This document shows, one piece after another, positions 28,098-40,433 of a stretch of 64,000 bases of DNA (position 1 is the first letter of the stretch; the number at the start of each line of letters is the position of its first letter). The translations under genes were made by a program, and so were the position numbers. The notes beneath the pieces were generated by a model. It saw only the letters and a list, made by a program, of their open reading frames with translations. It was not told where the DNA came from and ran no database searches. Source of the stretch: Spirochaetia bacterium (GTDB taxonomy: Bacteria > Spirochaetota > Spirochaetia > SZUA-6 > Bin103); assembly GCA_965198005.1 (NCBI GenBank), contig CBDAOI010000003.1, positions 608,001 to 672,000 on the forward strand. The letters run 5' to 3'.

Positions 28098-31000
28098 CTA
28101 CTGCGGTCCGCGTCGTGCAACGAGCTCACTCAGACCGGTTTGGAGATCGCCGGGAAGATCGCGCTGAAGGAGCCTGTCTATGAGTTCCTTACCCTTGTAC
28201 CAATTCCTGTACTTCTCGCACGTGCCCAAGTAAATCAACAACTCTGCGACGGACTCAGGATAGGCTGTCGGAAGCTCAGACTCATTCAGTGTGAACACCA
28301 TATTGTGTCCGGCTTCCGGTCTCATGTCTTCCGTCGACACACGAATCGCAACATCAACCGCCTCGGGGAATACACCTTGCAGTAAAGGAAGCCATCGCAA
28401 CATGTGCCAGGTCTCTCGAGGTTGCAGACTGTCCGGGAGCCCCTTCACACGGTTCTGCCAGTACGACTTTAGCCATCGCTGCCACATATCCGCTTGCTGT
28501 GCCTCGTTCATGTTCTCCAGACGCTCATGCACACTCCAAACGAATGTAAGCCGCTCGTCTTCGTCCGCCCATTTTAGCAGCTTCGGAATCCATGTCCCGA
28601 CAGGATCGCCAGCGAAAAATGAGAGCATGAACGTGTAACACTCGATGAAGCTCTCGCGTCTGGAAGCAGGTTCTTCAGCCATCCGCACGACGGCATCAAG
28701 AAACGGAATTTTCATGATCTCGGACACGGTAGCGTTGATGGTTCCACTCAATATGCCATCCCATATCGCTGTATAGTCCGCACGGTTGGCACAGTTCGGG
28801 TAATCGTAGAACAATGGCAGGAGGTTATCCTTGGCCCACGCTTCGTCAATAGCCAAGAGCATCGACAAGTGACGTGCGAGGACACAACGCCCAAGTCTAC
28901 CAACTGCTGTGCCGTCGTGTACGATACGCAAGAACCGTGTCTTGTATGGCTCTACGTCCGCAGCTTGGTGTTCCCTCCGATTGTTCCGGAATGCTAAGCT
29001 ATCGATCCAGAACTGTACCAGAACGCCAGCCGGATGACCCCACGCCTTGATCAACCAGTCATCGCATTCTTCGGGAATGTCTTGTCCGTCGACGGATCTC
29101 CACAAGTCGACGGCTACGGTGTCCGCCGCTTCGATCAAACCGTCTGAGTTGGACAAATCGGCATTGCGTACCAGTGCTTGGAGAGCTTCAGCAATCGGAA
29201 GCGCATGGTTCTCGTGCAGATCTTCGCGCCGTAGAATCCGAAGAGTCCGATGGTACTGGCTTCTTTCGAGTTTCGTGGTTGACCAACTGCGCAAGATAAC
29301 AGACCACAGATCGGCTTCCCATCTTTCTCTCCGGAGCAAGTCCTCGGCGAGATCAAGTGCCCAGTCGATGCACCGAGCTGCTGCCCGGGCAACCGCATCG
29401 AGAAGCCGCTGCCGTTTGGGTTTGAGGGGATCGGAAGGCTGGTACGCCAACAGCCTGTCAGTCCAATCACAAGCCGGTTGTGCAACCAGCTCCTCGGGCT
29501 CCCAGGGGAAGATGGGGCTGGTATCTCTTAACGAAGTCCTGCGGTCGACGTCAGGAAACTCCCTCTCGTTGAAATCTGGATACTGCTGCCGCAGACTCTG
29601 CAGAGCTTCCCTGAGCAAGCAGCACGCCGGGGCGACGTCCAACAGCCACTCCAGCCAGGAAAATCGGTGACTGACCGTCAGAGTATCGCTGTCCTCGTTC
29701 TGGGCTCCGGGCCATCGATAGTCGAGAATGTCCTTGATTACTGCCCGACGGCGACTCTCGCCGACGGCAGGATAGGCAATCTTCAATGCACGGATTCGTT
29801 CGTGACGCGCCGACCAGTCGTACTGGCTCGAACGTTGCAAAAGCCAATCGATTGTTTCTTCAGGTGCCAGGCCGCGGGCAATCACGCCGTGTATCGCCAA
29901 CCGGCGAAGAATCGGCGCTTGCGCTTCGGCAAGCCGGTCGCACCATTGAGCTGCTGCGCCCGGATGGTGCGATGCGAGCCATTCCAGACAGTCCCTTGCC
30001 GCGTCGATCAGGACGTTACCTACTTCAAGCCTCCGCGAATATGGCGTATTGTTGTCCGACTCAATAGCGAACCTGCTCATGCTCAACGGATCCCGATCGG
30101 GGGAGGCGGCGTCCCAAGTGGAGAGAGTGCGGAATTGCGCATCAAGATTCGCCACAACGTACGCGATCAGCCGGCCGGCTATCTGTCCAAGATTCGGCTG
30201 CAATCCCTTCTTCCATATATGCTCAGCCGTGTAGCGGTAGTCGTCGCTTGCCGCGTCCAACTCGGCGTGGATTGTAGGAACCGGTTCGCTCTCTGCATCA
30301 CCAAACAACCCGGTGGAGAATCGACTCAACCGTAGTGTCACCGTCGTCACGTGCTCGAATATGACGATGAGACTGTCGATCGCCTTGCGCTCGACACAGC
30401 GATCGGCCAGATACTGGAGGGTATGGTCAGGAGCCGGAGACGGGGCTGTGGCCAGCAACACGGACACCCAGCGCGACAGAGTCTCCTGGTCTGGTATGGT
30501 CGAGCCGGGGATTCCCACGGCGTACGCCAACGCTTGCCAGAACTCCGGGTGGACGTGCATGCCGTGACGGCCGATTACGCGCCACACCTCCTCGGGATGG
30601 TCGCAAGCGAATTCTTTGGCCAGCCATTTGGCCAGTTCACGCTCCGGCTCTGTAAGCTCGGCCCGCCCCCGAAACAGGTTGAGCAGGTGCTCACCCCTGT
30701 CGAGCCAGCCGATCCAAGCAGGATCCTTGGCGCTGGCCGTGAAGAAGCGCGTCAAGACCTGATCCGAAAACGCCTCGGTGAGCACCTCTCCGTCGTAATC
30801 GTCAATTGAAGGAGTCCTCTTGGCGATCTCTCTGATCAGATGCTGCCAGTCGAGGACACGACGCGACCTGTATTTGGCCAGCTCCCGAATGCCCACGTAC
30901 AGGGTACCATAGTCCGACTTGGGAAACGGGATCGGCGCGATTCCGAGACGATTCCATCGCCCGTCCTCAGCTTCGTCCGTGAGCACAAAGCGCTGAGCGT

Positions 31001-31643
31001 CGCCTGTAGGTAGCGCCCGCGCCAGATAGTTCATCACAAGGTCGCTGTGGCTGTAGCCGACGAACAGTACCGTGAACGATCGGAACAGATCGACCAGAAA
31101 TAGTCGCGCCCATCCCTCGGTCAGATACGCGCGCCCGAAGTCTGTGTCAGTCAGTACCATGGTGTCAGGTCGATCGAGAGCGCCGTGCACATGGACGATG
31201 CCGTTGAACTCCCTTCCCAACGGCAACGCCGGTGCCTTGAACACTTCAGGCTTCGAGTCGGCAGCGCTCTCCTCTGCGGCCTGTTCGAATAAGAGATCGA
31301 AATTGGTCGTGACGATGCGCGTGGAAGTTCCGCGCGGAAAGAGCCGCAGCAAATCCCGGTGTAACTCGGTTGGGCGTGGACAACGTTTGTTGAGTTGCTC
31401 GGCGGCGCGCTGGTGCACATGTACGCCCTTGTCCGTCTTGAGACGGCCGAGAAAGCGATCTTCCGGCTCGTCGTCCCCGAGAACTTCTCCGGTACCCTGA
31501 GAGACTTCCTTGGCCAGCGTCTTGAAACTCGGCAGGCACGCAGGATCTCCCATCGAGACGCCGGCTCCGGCAAATACGGCCAACTCGTCATTGCGGAGTG
31601 CCTTCAAGAGTGCGGAGGGGAAGTCGACACCTGCCAGCTTCAT
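28098..31643 (-). CDS. SIR2-family NADase + DUF4020 protein (defence-associated sirtuin-like), 1181 aa
   Basis: FAGAGVS, IVTTNFD, VHVHG, FGRAYLTEGWA, LFVGYS; C-terminal W..WL..YW..R..G.P..L (DUF4020-like). Confidence 0.85.
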   Translation of the reverse strand: MKLAGVDFPSALLKALRNDELAVFAGAGVSMGDPACLPSFKTLAKEVSQGTGEVLGDDEPEDRFLGRLKTDKGVHVHQRAAEQLNKRCPRPTELHRDLLRLFPRGTSTRIVTTNFDLLFEQAAEESAADSKPEVFKAPALPLGREFNGIVHVHGALDRPDTMVLTDTDFGRAYLTEGWARLFLVDLFRSFTVLFVGYSHSDLVMNYLARALPTGDAQRFVLTDEAEDGRWNRLGIAPIPFPKSDYGTLYVGIRELAKYRSRRVLDWQHLIREIAKRTPSIDDYDGEVLTEAFSDQVLTRFFTASAKDPAWIGWLDRGEHLLNLFRGRAELTEPERELAKWLAKEFACDHPEEVWRVIGRHGMHVHPEFWQALAYAVGIPGSTIPDQETLSRWVSVLLATAPSPAPDHTLQYLADRCVERKAIDSLIVIFEHVTTVTLRLSRFSTGLFGDAESEPVPTIHAELDAASDDYRYTAEHIWKKGLQPNLGQIAGRLIAYVVANLDAQFRTLSTWDAASPDRDPLSMSRFAIESDNNTPYSRRLEVGNVLIDAARDCLEWLASHHPGAAAQWCDRLAEAQAPILRRLAIHGVIARGLAPEETIDWLLQRSSQYDWSARHERIRALKIAYPAVGESRRRAVIKDILDYRWPGAQNEDSDTLTVSHRFSWLEWLLDVAPACCLLREALQSLRQQYPDFNEREFPDVDRRTSLRDTSPIFPWEPEELVAQPACDWTDRLLAYQPSDPLKPKRQRLLDAVARAAARCIDWALDLAEDLLRRERWEADLWSVILRSWSTTKLERSQYHRTLRILRREDLHENHALPIAEALQALVRNADLSNSDGLIEAADTVAVDLWRSVDGQDIPEECDDWLIKAWGHPAGVLVQFWIDSLAFRNNRREHQAADVEPYKTRFLRIVHDGTAVGRLGRCVLARHLSMLLAIDEAWAKDNLLPLFYDYPNCANRADYTAIWDGILSGTINATVSEIMKIPFLDAVVRMAEEPASRRESFIECYTFMLSFFAGDPVGTWIPKLLKWADEDERLTFVWSVHERLENMNEAQQADMWQRWLKSYWQNRVKGLPDSLQPRETWHMLRWLPLLQGVFPEAVDVAIRVSTEDMRPEAGHNMVFTLNESELPTAYPESVAELLIYLGTCEKYRNWYKGKELIDRLLQRDLPGDLQTGLSELVARRGPQ

Positions 31644-31685
31644 TCGGGAATCAGACCGCCCGTAGTTCCGAATACTCGATCGGCG

Positions 31686-32195
31686 TCATCGGCGCCCTTC
31701 GGCAAGGAGCAGCTCTCCGAGCGTCCTCCGCAGCCACTGTCCCGTGTAAGGGAGCCTCAAGGAGTTTCGTGGGCGGTGGCCTGTGTCCGAGAGCAGCCGC
31801 TCCAGGGACACGAGCCGCTCCCGAAACCCGAGGCGAATGCCGCAGCGAAGACTCGCTCGATCGGGTCCGCACAATACCCAGGCGTCATTCCGACTCAGGG
31901 CGTGAGCCCACAGCGATTCCTCGCCCCTGTCCAGCGCGATCTCCTGCTCGCGCAGAGCCATCTCCGCGCGCTCCAGATCGCTGACGGTGTGAACCCCGCT
32001 GAGCGAGCCGCGTAGTGCGGTCTCGTCGATCTGCCGTTCGGGGCGCCGACGCTGGGCGCCGGCCTGACTCTCGGCCACGCACTCCTCCACGGTTTCCACG
32101 CGGTAGCCTCCGGTGAGCGCACGCCACGCCGCCACCCGGTGCGACTCTATGATGACGTTGGTGTCGACCAGTACCGGGCCACGGTGGCGCTCCAT
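31686..32195 (-). CDS. PIN-like domain protein
   Basis: VLVDTNVII, E..E, LDRGE..L, D.A acidic pattern. Confidence 0.7.
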   Translation of the reverse strand: MERHRGPVLVDTNVIIESHRVAAWRALTGGYRVETVEECVAESQAGAQRRRPERQIDETALRGSLSGVHTVSDLERAEMALREQEIALDRGEESLWAHALSRNDAWVLCGPDRASLRCGIRLGFRERLVSLERLLSDTGHRPRNSLRLPYTGQWLRRTLGELLLAEGRR

Positions 32196-32199
32196 GGGC

Positions 32200-33336
32200 C
32201 TACAGCTCGACCGCCTGTTCGATCCCATGTGAGGTGAACACGTCCGCGAGATCGTCGACCGCGACGTCCAGCAGGCTGGCCATACGACGAACGGAGACGT
32301 GTCCTCCGTCCAGGGCGAGGCCCATCACTTCCATGAATGGTCTGGAAAACCGGGGTGGGGGGACATTTTCCGGCACGGCACGGCCGTTGTTGCGGAGCGC
32401 CGCGTCGGGCACGGTACGCGCGACTGCCGGCGACAACTCGTCGAGTGCGACCAGGCGCCACTTCAGCGCCGAAGCGGTCACCTGCAACTCGTCGGCTACC
32501 CGGTTCAGCCGCCGGATCAGTTCATCTCCGGACAGACGCGACCAACTCCCGAAGCGGGTCAGCTTGGCCGCGGGCATGAGTGCCGCCGAGGCGAAATTGT
32601 TGGCGAGTTGTTCCACCCGGTTGCCACCGGTGTCGTTTGCCTCCTCGTAGTGATCGGGCGGCATCGCATCCCAGGTGAGGATGTGGAACAGCTCGTGAGC
32701 GAGATCGAAGTGGCGGCGTCCGGCGACTTCACCCCGCGCGATCAGGACGGCGTCCAGGTCCGGAAGGCGGCAGGCCGCCCCCGAGATGCCGCGCTGCGCA
32801 TCCACCACGAGGACGAGGACTGCGAATTCGCGTTCCATGACTTCGCGCAGGCGGATTGCGGGCACATCGCCAAGGCCGAATTCGGCGGCGAACCGTTCAC
32901 CGGCCAGCATCGCAGCCTCGAAACTGGACCGCCGGTCGAGCCCGAGGGTGCGGCGCATGAGTGGTGTGCTGCGTCCGACGGCCGGTGCCAAGGTTCGGAA
33001 CGCAGCGATCCAGCGTCCGGCGTTGCGTTCGTACGCTACGAGCTGCTCGGCCTCGACTCCGGTGTGCCGCCAGCAGAAGCGACCCTCGCCGACCAGCCGG
33101 AAAGGATCCGTGAAGTAGTCCAGGGGAGCCCCCAACACCTCCACCGCGAGCACCAGTTCCTCGGCGGTGACTCTCCGGTTGCCGGTCTCGATGGCCGAGA
33201 CGGTCTGCCGATCCTTGAAGCCGAGAGAGCGGGCAAGGCGCTCCTGCGAGAGTCTGCGCTCTTGGCGCAACGCCTTGAGGCGCGCGCCAATGGGCGACTT
33301 CGACGTACGATCCTGGAATCTTGCACCTTCCATCAT
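32200..33336 (-). CDS. XRE HTH + ImmA/IrrE zinc metallopeptidase
   Basis: RLKALRQ..LSQERLA..VSAIETG (HTH); RRHFDLAHELFH and E..ANNFASAALMP (HExxH peptidase). Confidence 0.9.
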   Translation of the reverse strand: MMEGARFQDRTSKSPIGARLKALRQERRLSQERLARSLGFKDRQTVSAIETGNRRVTAEELVLAVEVLGAPLDYFTDPFRLVGEGRFCWRHTGVEAEQLVAYERNAGRWIAAFRTLAPAVGRSTPLMRRTLGLDRRSSFEAAMLAGERFAAEFGLGDVPAIRLREVMEREFAVLVLVVDAQRGISGAACRLPDLDAVLIARGEVAGRRHFDLAHELFHILTWDAMPPDHYEEANDTGGNRVEQLANNFASAALMPAAKLTRFGSWSRLSGDELIRRLNRVADELQVTASALKWRLVALDELSPAVARTVPDAALRNNGRAVPENVPPPRFSRPFMEVMGLALDGGHVSVRRMASLLDVAVDDLADVFTSHGIEQAVEL

Positions 33337-33399
33337 GCAACAAATATATGCAAATTGTCGTTCGTGTGTCGAGCCGATACTCCAGCGGCGCTACACCGA

Positions 33400-33647
33400 A
33401 GGCTATAGGTCCCGTGCAGGAAAACACCTCCCAGCCAGCGTCCATACTGCACGTAGACGGGCACGTCCAATCCCAGCATCCGCTCAACAGCCGCGCGGTC
33501 AACCTCGAAGGTCAGAAATGCCGTATTGGCTACTATGTGGTCTATGACATCGCCGGGGATGAAGCGGACCGAGAGAAAGACCAGGATGCTCGGTATGAAC
33601 AGGGTGGGGATTACCAGCAATAACCGCCTGATGATATAGGCTCTCAT
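33400..33647 (-). pseudogene. Truncated peptide ABC permease (DppB-like N-terminus)
   Basis: MRAYIIRRLLL..LGLDVPVYVQYGRWL; paralog of 48614-49618, broken after about 80 aa. Confidence 0.8.
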
Positions 33648-33728
33648 GTCCCACACCTCAAAGAGAGCTGGAAAGATCACGCCTCCCAGCTCCCTTCTCC
33701 CTGAAACCAGCCACGAGGGGCGAGTCCC

Positions 33729-34372
33729 CTAATGTCCCATTTCTTCCTTCAGTTCATTATCAACCCAGAGGCGCGAGAAGACCGTCAGGTTTTGCATAGA
33801 TCCCATGCCGCCCTCGCCGCTGTAGCCTATTATCCACGGCTGGTGGACGTTGAACGCCGGAGGCAAAGGCCCCCATACCATCCAGTGCCGCTCGATGCTG
33901 AGCATGTCCATGTCCCTTATCGGGCGTTGCTGCTCCTCGACGGTGGTAGCCGCCAACATTTCTTCATACCAGGCTTCGTACTGCGGGTCGTTGATTATCG
34001 CCTTTGACTCGGCGGAGCAGCCTTGACGCCCGCTTCCTGGGACGTGGTACCCAGCCATTTCCCTGCCGATCTTTCCCCGAGGTATGATGTCAGCATAGCC
34101 CTTGAAGTAGGTGTTGTTCATGCTCTCGAGGTCCAGCGCCATCTGCATGCCATGGCGCACCCTTATGTCGTCATAGGGCGGTTTGGTCACGTTCATGAGC
34201 GTAGCGTTGTTCGACCGTTCCGACCACGGGACTAGCACGAGTTCCGGGTTGGTCCGCCGGAGGCTCTCTGCCTGGTCTACCGTGTTCAATTGAGCGGCGC
34301 CCTGCCAGCCGATGTAGTCGATCGTACCGGAGCGCAGTCCCGCCAGCATGGTTGGCACTTCCACGATAATGA
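33729..34372 (-). pseudogene. ABC substrate-binding protein C-terminal remnant with internal deletion
   Basis: LRSG.ID, PPYDDIRVRH.MQMA, QPWIIGY.GE..RLWVD; paralog of 49751-51541. Confidence 0.8.
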
Positions 34373-34588
34373 GACGAACGCATGGTTGCTCACCAGCGAG
34401 TGCATCGAGGCTGCCGCCTTCTCCGACAAAGACACGTAGAGATCCTGACCGGCAAAGGACGCGGCGGGCCGCGCCAGCGCCGATTGCAGCATCCCTCGAT
34501 CCCTCAGGCCGTCGGCTCCGCCGGTGTCGGCGAGCAGCGACCGATGGAGGTCCAGGATCTGCTGGTCACTGAGATACTCGATCATCAT
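34373..34588 (-). pseudogene. Doc/Fic toxin truncated inside the catalytic motif
   Basis: GG..GLRD.G.L.SALARP..LVSNHAFV; the expected DGNKR is absent. Confidence 0.8.
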
Positions 34589-34838
34589 CACTGCCGCCGG
34601 CGAGGCGTTCGTACAACTCTCGCCGCTCCTCAACGAGACGGTCCACCATTTTCCGGTACCGTGGTGAAACTTTGCCCGCCTCGAATGACCTGACTCCGCT
34701 GCGCACGACGAAGCTCCCGTCACGCGCATCAACCGTCGCGTCGACCTCCATGCCGGGCCGCAATGCGAACTCCTTCACCAAGTCGTGTGGTAGGGTGACG
34801 GCAAGGCTATTGCCGACGCGTACGAGCTTACGCTTCAT
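34566..34838 (-). CDS. AbrB-fold antitoxin (Doc partner)
   Basis: MKRKLVRVGNSLAVTLP..LRPG.EV. Confidence 0.8.
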   Translation of the reverse strand: MKRKLVRVGNSLAVTLPHDLVKEFALRPGMEVDATVDARDGSFVVRSGVRSFEAGKVSPRYRKMVDRLVEERRELYERLAGGSDDDRVSQ

Positions 34839-34931
34839 ACGTACAAAGTACTAACGACAGGAGGCGGATATCAAGCTGGCGGCGTCCGCGCGACGCGGTG
34901 CGGGATCGGCTCGACCCAAGGCTAAGGCTAA

Positions 34932-35121
34932 GCCGCCACCCGGTGCGACTCGATGATGTCGTTGGTGTCGACCAGTACCGGGCCACGGTGGCGCGCCATG
35001 GGCCTACAGCTCGACCGCCTGTTCGATCCCATGTGAGGTGAACACCTCTGCGAGATCGTCGACCGCGACGTCCAGCAGGCTGCCCGGCGACTTCACCCCG
35101 CGCGATCAGGACGGCGTCCAG
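34932..35121 (-). repeat. Decayed partial copy of the ImmA/PIN junction
   Basis: 34932-35082 matches 32128-32278 and 35084-35121 matches 32720-32757. Confidence 0.9.
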
Positions 35122-35212
35122 TTCCGGACCAAGCCAAACAAACGCCGTAGGTGGCGAAGCCGGCATCGTCCGTAACAAGCCGTGACCCGCCTGATAGGGT
35201 AGTCTGTAGCGC

Positions 35213-35644
35213 ATGGAACGCGTATCGACCTCGCCGGACGAGTACCTCGCGGCGCTGCCGGAGGAGATTCGCGGCGACATGATTGCGCTGGATGGACGTA
35301 TCGCGGCGGCGCTGCCCGGACACCGGCGCAGCCTGTGGGAAGGAGTGTTCTGGGGCGGCAGCGCCCAGTCGATCATCGGCTACGGCGACTACTCCTACGT
35401 GCGCTCGGACAAGAAGCCGGTGGAGTGGTTCATCGCCGGCTTGGCGCGGCAGAAGAACTACTACAGCGTCTACGTCAACGCCGCCGACGGCCGCGGTTAC
35501 CTCACCGAGGCGTACGCCGATCGGCTCGGCAAGGTGAGGGTGGGCAAGAGCAGCATCAGCTTCAGACAGCTCGCCGACGTCGAGATGGAGGTGCTGATGG
35601 AGTTGGTGGAGCGGGCCGGCGTGCTGATGACACGAACAGCTTGA
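35213..35644 (+). CDS. DUF1801 (YdhG-like) protein
   Basis: IIGYGDY.Y, WF.AGLA.QKNYYSVY, LGKV.VGKSSI.F. Confidence 0.75.
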   Translation: MERVSTSPDEYLAALPEEIRGDMIALDGRIAAALPGHRRSLWEGVFWGGSAQSIIGYGDYSYVRSDKKPVEWFIAGLARQKNYYSVYVNAADGRGYLTEAYADRLGKVRVGKSSISFRQLADVEMEVLMELVERAGVLMTRTA

Positions 35645-35729
35645 AGTGACGACGCGACGATCTTCCTATGCGCGCCACCGTAACGATTGACGATGGTGTT
35701 CTCGCCGGTCAGCTCATCGAGCGCGCCAC

Positions 35730-36108
35730 ATGCCTTCGACACGCTCAAGGCGGCGACTCGGCTGCAGGAAGAAGCGGGCTTCGACGAGACCAAGGCGCGC
35801 GTGCTGGTCTCGACCTTTGCCGAGGGCATGGTCGAGAACCTCGCCACCAAGGACGACATCGCCGGCATCCGCAACCCTTGCGACCAAGGAAGGCGAGCGA
35901 GGTGGCAACCCTTGCGACCAAGGAAGAGCTTGCAACCCTGCGCGGCGATATGAATGAGATGGGTGCCAGCCTGCGCGGCGAGATGCATGAGATGGCGGCC
36001 AGCCTGCGCGGCGAGATCAGCAAGGTCCAGGAGCGGCTGACCATCCGTCTGGGAGCCGCTATCGCTGCTGCCGTGGCGATCCTGGTTGCCGTAGATAAGC
36101 TGTTGTAA
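35730..36108 (+). pseudogene. DUF1640/CCDC90-like coiled-coil protein, frameshifted
   Basis: AFDTLKAA.RL..AGF, LATKDDI / LATKEEL..11-aa repeats and a C-terminal TM; preceded by a VapB-like MRATVTIDD scrap. Confidence 0.65.
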
Positions 36109-36246
36109 GCAAGCACGCACTGCCCACGTGACGATCATTCGTGTCGAAGTTCTACCAGGAGCACCTGTGCGACCAGGGCCTGCCACCGGGTGGGCGACGT
36201 GTCCGCGGACTGAAGCCGGATTTGTACGCGTTTAGCCTCGCTGCGA

Positions 36247-38436
<2,190 letters not shown>

Positions 38437-38519
38437 TCAACTGATTCGCCGCCGGGCCGCCGGCTCCGGCGGCATAGACCGCACGACCGCTGTCCGGTAG
38501 ATTAGGCATCGGCAAGATC

Positions 38520-40433
38520 ATGGCACAGTCATACACGCGACTCACGGAACCGCTGGTGCGCGCCGGCGGCACGCTCCGCCCGGCAACCTGGGATGAGGCG
38601 CTGCGGCGCGCGGCGCACGGGCTGCAGGCGGCCATCGGGCGCGGCCCCACCCGGTCGTTCGGGCTGTTCAGCTGCTCGAAGGCGACCAACGAGATGAACT
38701 TTCTGGCGCAGAAGTTCGCCCGGGTGGCGGTCGGCAGCAACAACGTCGATAGCTGCAACCGCACCTGACACGCACCGAGCGTCGTCGGTCTGGCGGCGGT
38801 ATTCGGTGCCGGGGGCGGTACCAGCTCCTATCGGGAAGTGGAGGATACCGACCTCATCATCCTGTGGGGCTCCAATGCGCGCGAGACCCATCCGATTTTT
38901 TTCCACCATGTGTTGAAGGGGATCAATCAGGGCGCGCGGATGATGGCCGTGGACCCGCGCCGCACCAGCTCGGCGCAGTGGGCGGATCTGTGGCTGGGCG
39001 TCGACGTCGGCTCCGACGTGGCACTGTCCAACGCGGTGGCGCGCGAGATCATCGCCGCCGGCCTGGAGAATCGCGCCTTCATCGAGCACGCCACCTGCGG
39101 GTTCGACCAGTATCGCCGCTCGGTCGAGCCGTTTACCCTGGAGCGCGGCGAGGAGCTGACCGGCGTCCCGGCGGCGGCGATCCGCACGCTGGCCCATGCC
39201 TACGCCTCCGCCGACCGCGCCCAGTTGTGCTGGACCCTGGGCATCACCGAGCACCACAACGCGGTCGACAACGTGCTGGCGCTGATCAATCTCGGGCTGC
39301 TCACCGGCCACGTCGGGCGCTACGGCTCGGGGCTCAACCCGCTGCGCGGCCAGAACAACGTGCAAGGCGGCGGCGACATGGGCGCGTTGCCCAACAAGCT
39401 GCCCGGCTTCCAGGACGTGGAGGACGCCGCCTTGCGCGCCAGGTTCGAGGCCGCCTGGGGCGTGCCGGTGCCGGCTGCCAACGGCTGGCACCTGTCGCAG
39501 ATGTTCGAGGCGATGGAGCACGGCGACCTCACCACGCTGTACGTGATCGGCGAGAATCCGGCGCAGTCGGAGGCGGACGGAGAGCGCGCCCGCAGGCTGC
39601 TGGCCGGCCTCGACCACCTGATCGTGCAGGATATCTTCCTCACGCGGACCGCCGCGATGGCGGACGTGGTGCTGCCGGCGGCGGCCTCGTGGGCGGAAGC
39701 GGAAGGCACCGTGACCAGCAGCGAGCGGCGCGTGCAGCGGGTGCGCAGGGCGCTGCCGCCGCCCGGTCAGGCGCGCGATGACATGGCGATCCTGTGCGAC
39801 CTGGCGCGCCTGCTCGGACACGACTGGGGGTCGCCGACCGCCGAGCAGGTGTGGGACGAGTTGCGGTCGCTGTCCCCGATGCACGGCGGCATGAGCTACG
39901 CGCGTCTGGACGAGCAGGGCGGCATTCAGTGGCCGTGCCCGCACGAACGGCATCCCGGCACCCCGATCCTGCACGAGCGTCTGTGGCGGGTCCCGCTCGA
40001 GGGTCCTCCGGCGCCGTTCCACGCGCTGGAGCATCAGCCGCCGGTGGACGTGCTGGATGACCAGTTCCCGTTGCGCCTGACCACCGGGCGCACGCTCGAT
40101 TCCTTCAACACCGGCGTGCAGAGCGGCGGCTTCCGGTCGCCGATTCGGCGCGGCGACACGGTCGACCTCTGCCGGGAGGATGGGCGGCGGTTCGGCGTTG
40201 CGGACGGCGAGCGGGTGCAGGTGAGCTCGCGCCGGGGCGCGCTCGAGGTCACCGCGCGGTACGCTGACGGGCTGCGTCCCGGGCTGGTGTTCATGACCCT
40301 GCACTTTCCCGATCGGGTGGATACCAACCGGCTCACCATCGACGCCTGGGACCCCAAGTCGGGCACCGCCGAGTTCAAGGCGACCGCGGTCCGGATCGAC
40401 AAGCTGGCCGAGCCGGCAGGCGCCGCCCGCTGA
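38520..40433 (+). CDS. fdhF: Selenocysteine formate dehydrogenase catalytic (Mo/W-bisPGD) subunit; UGA(Sec) at 38766-38768
   Basis: The two ORFs are in frame through VDSCNRT-U-HAPSV.GL; PLRGQNNVQG; SECIS hairpin follows the UGA. Confidence 0.9.
38772..38809 (+). promoter_or_regulatory. Bacterial SECIS element
   Basis: Lower stem GCACCGA/UCGGUGC, upper stem CGUCGUC/GGCGGCG and apical GGUCU loop, directly 3' of the UGA. Confidence 0.8.

Noticed and set aside
38520-38768. Separate 82-aa gene or nonsense pseudogene
   Set aside because: The stop is an in-frame UGA at the catalytic Sec position with a SECIS
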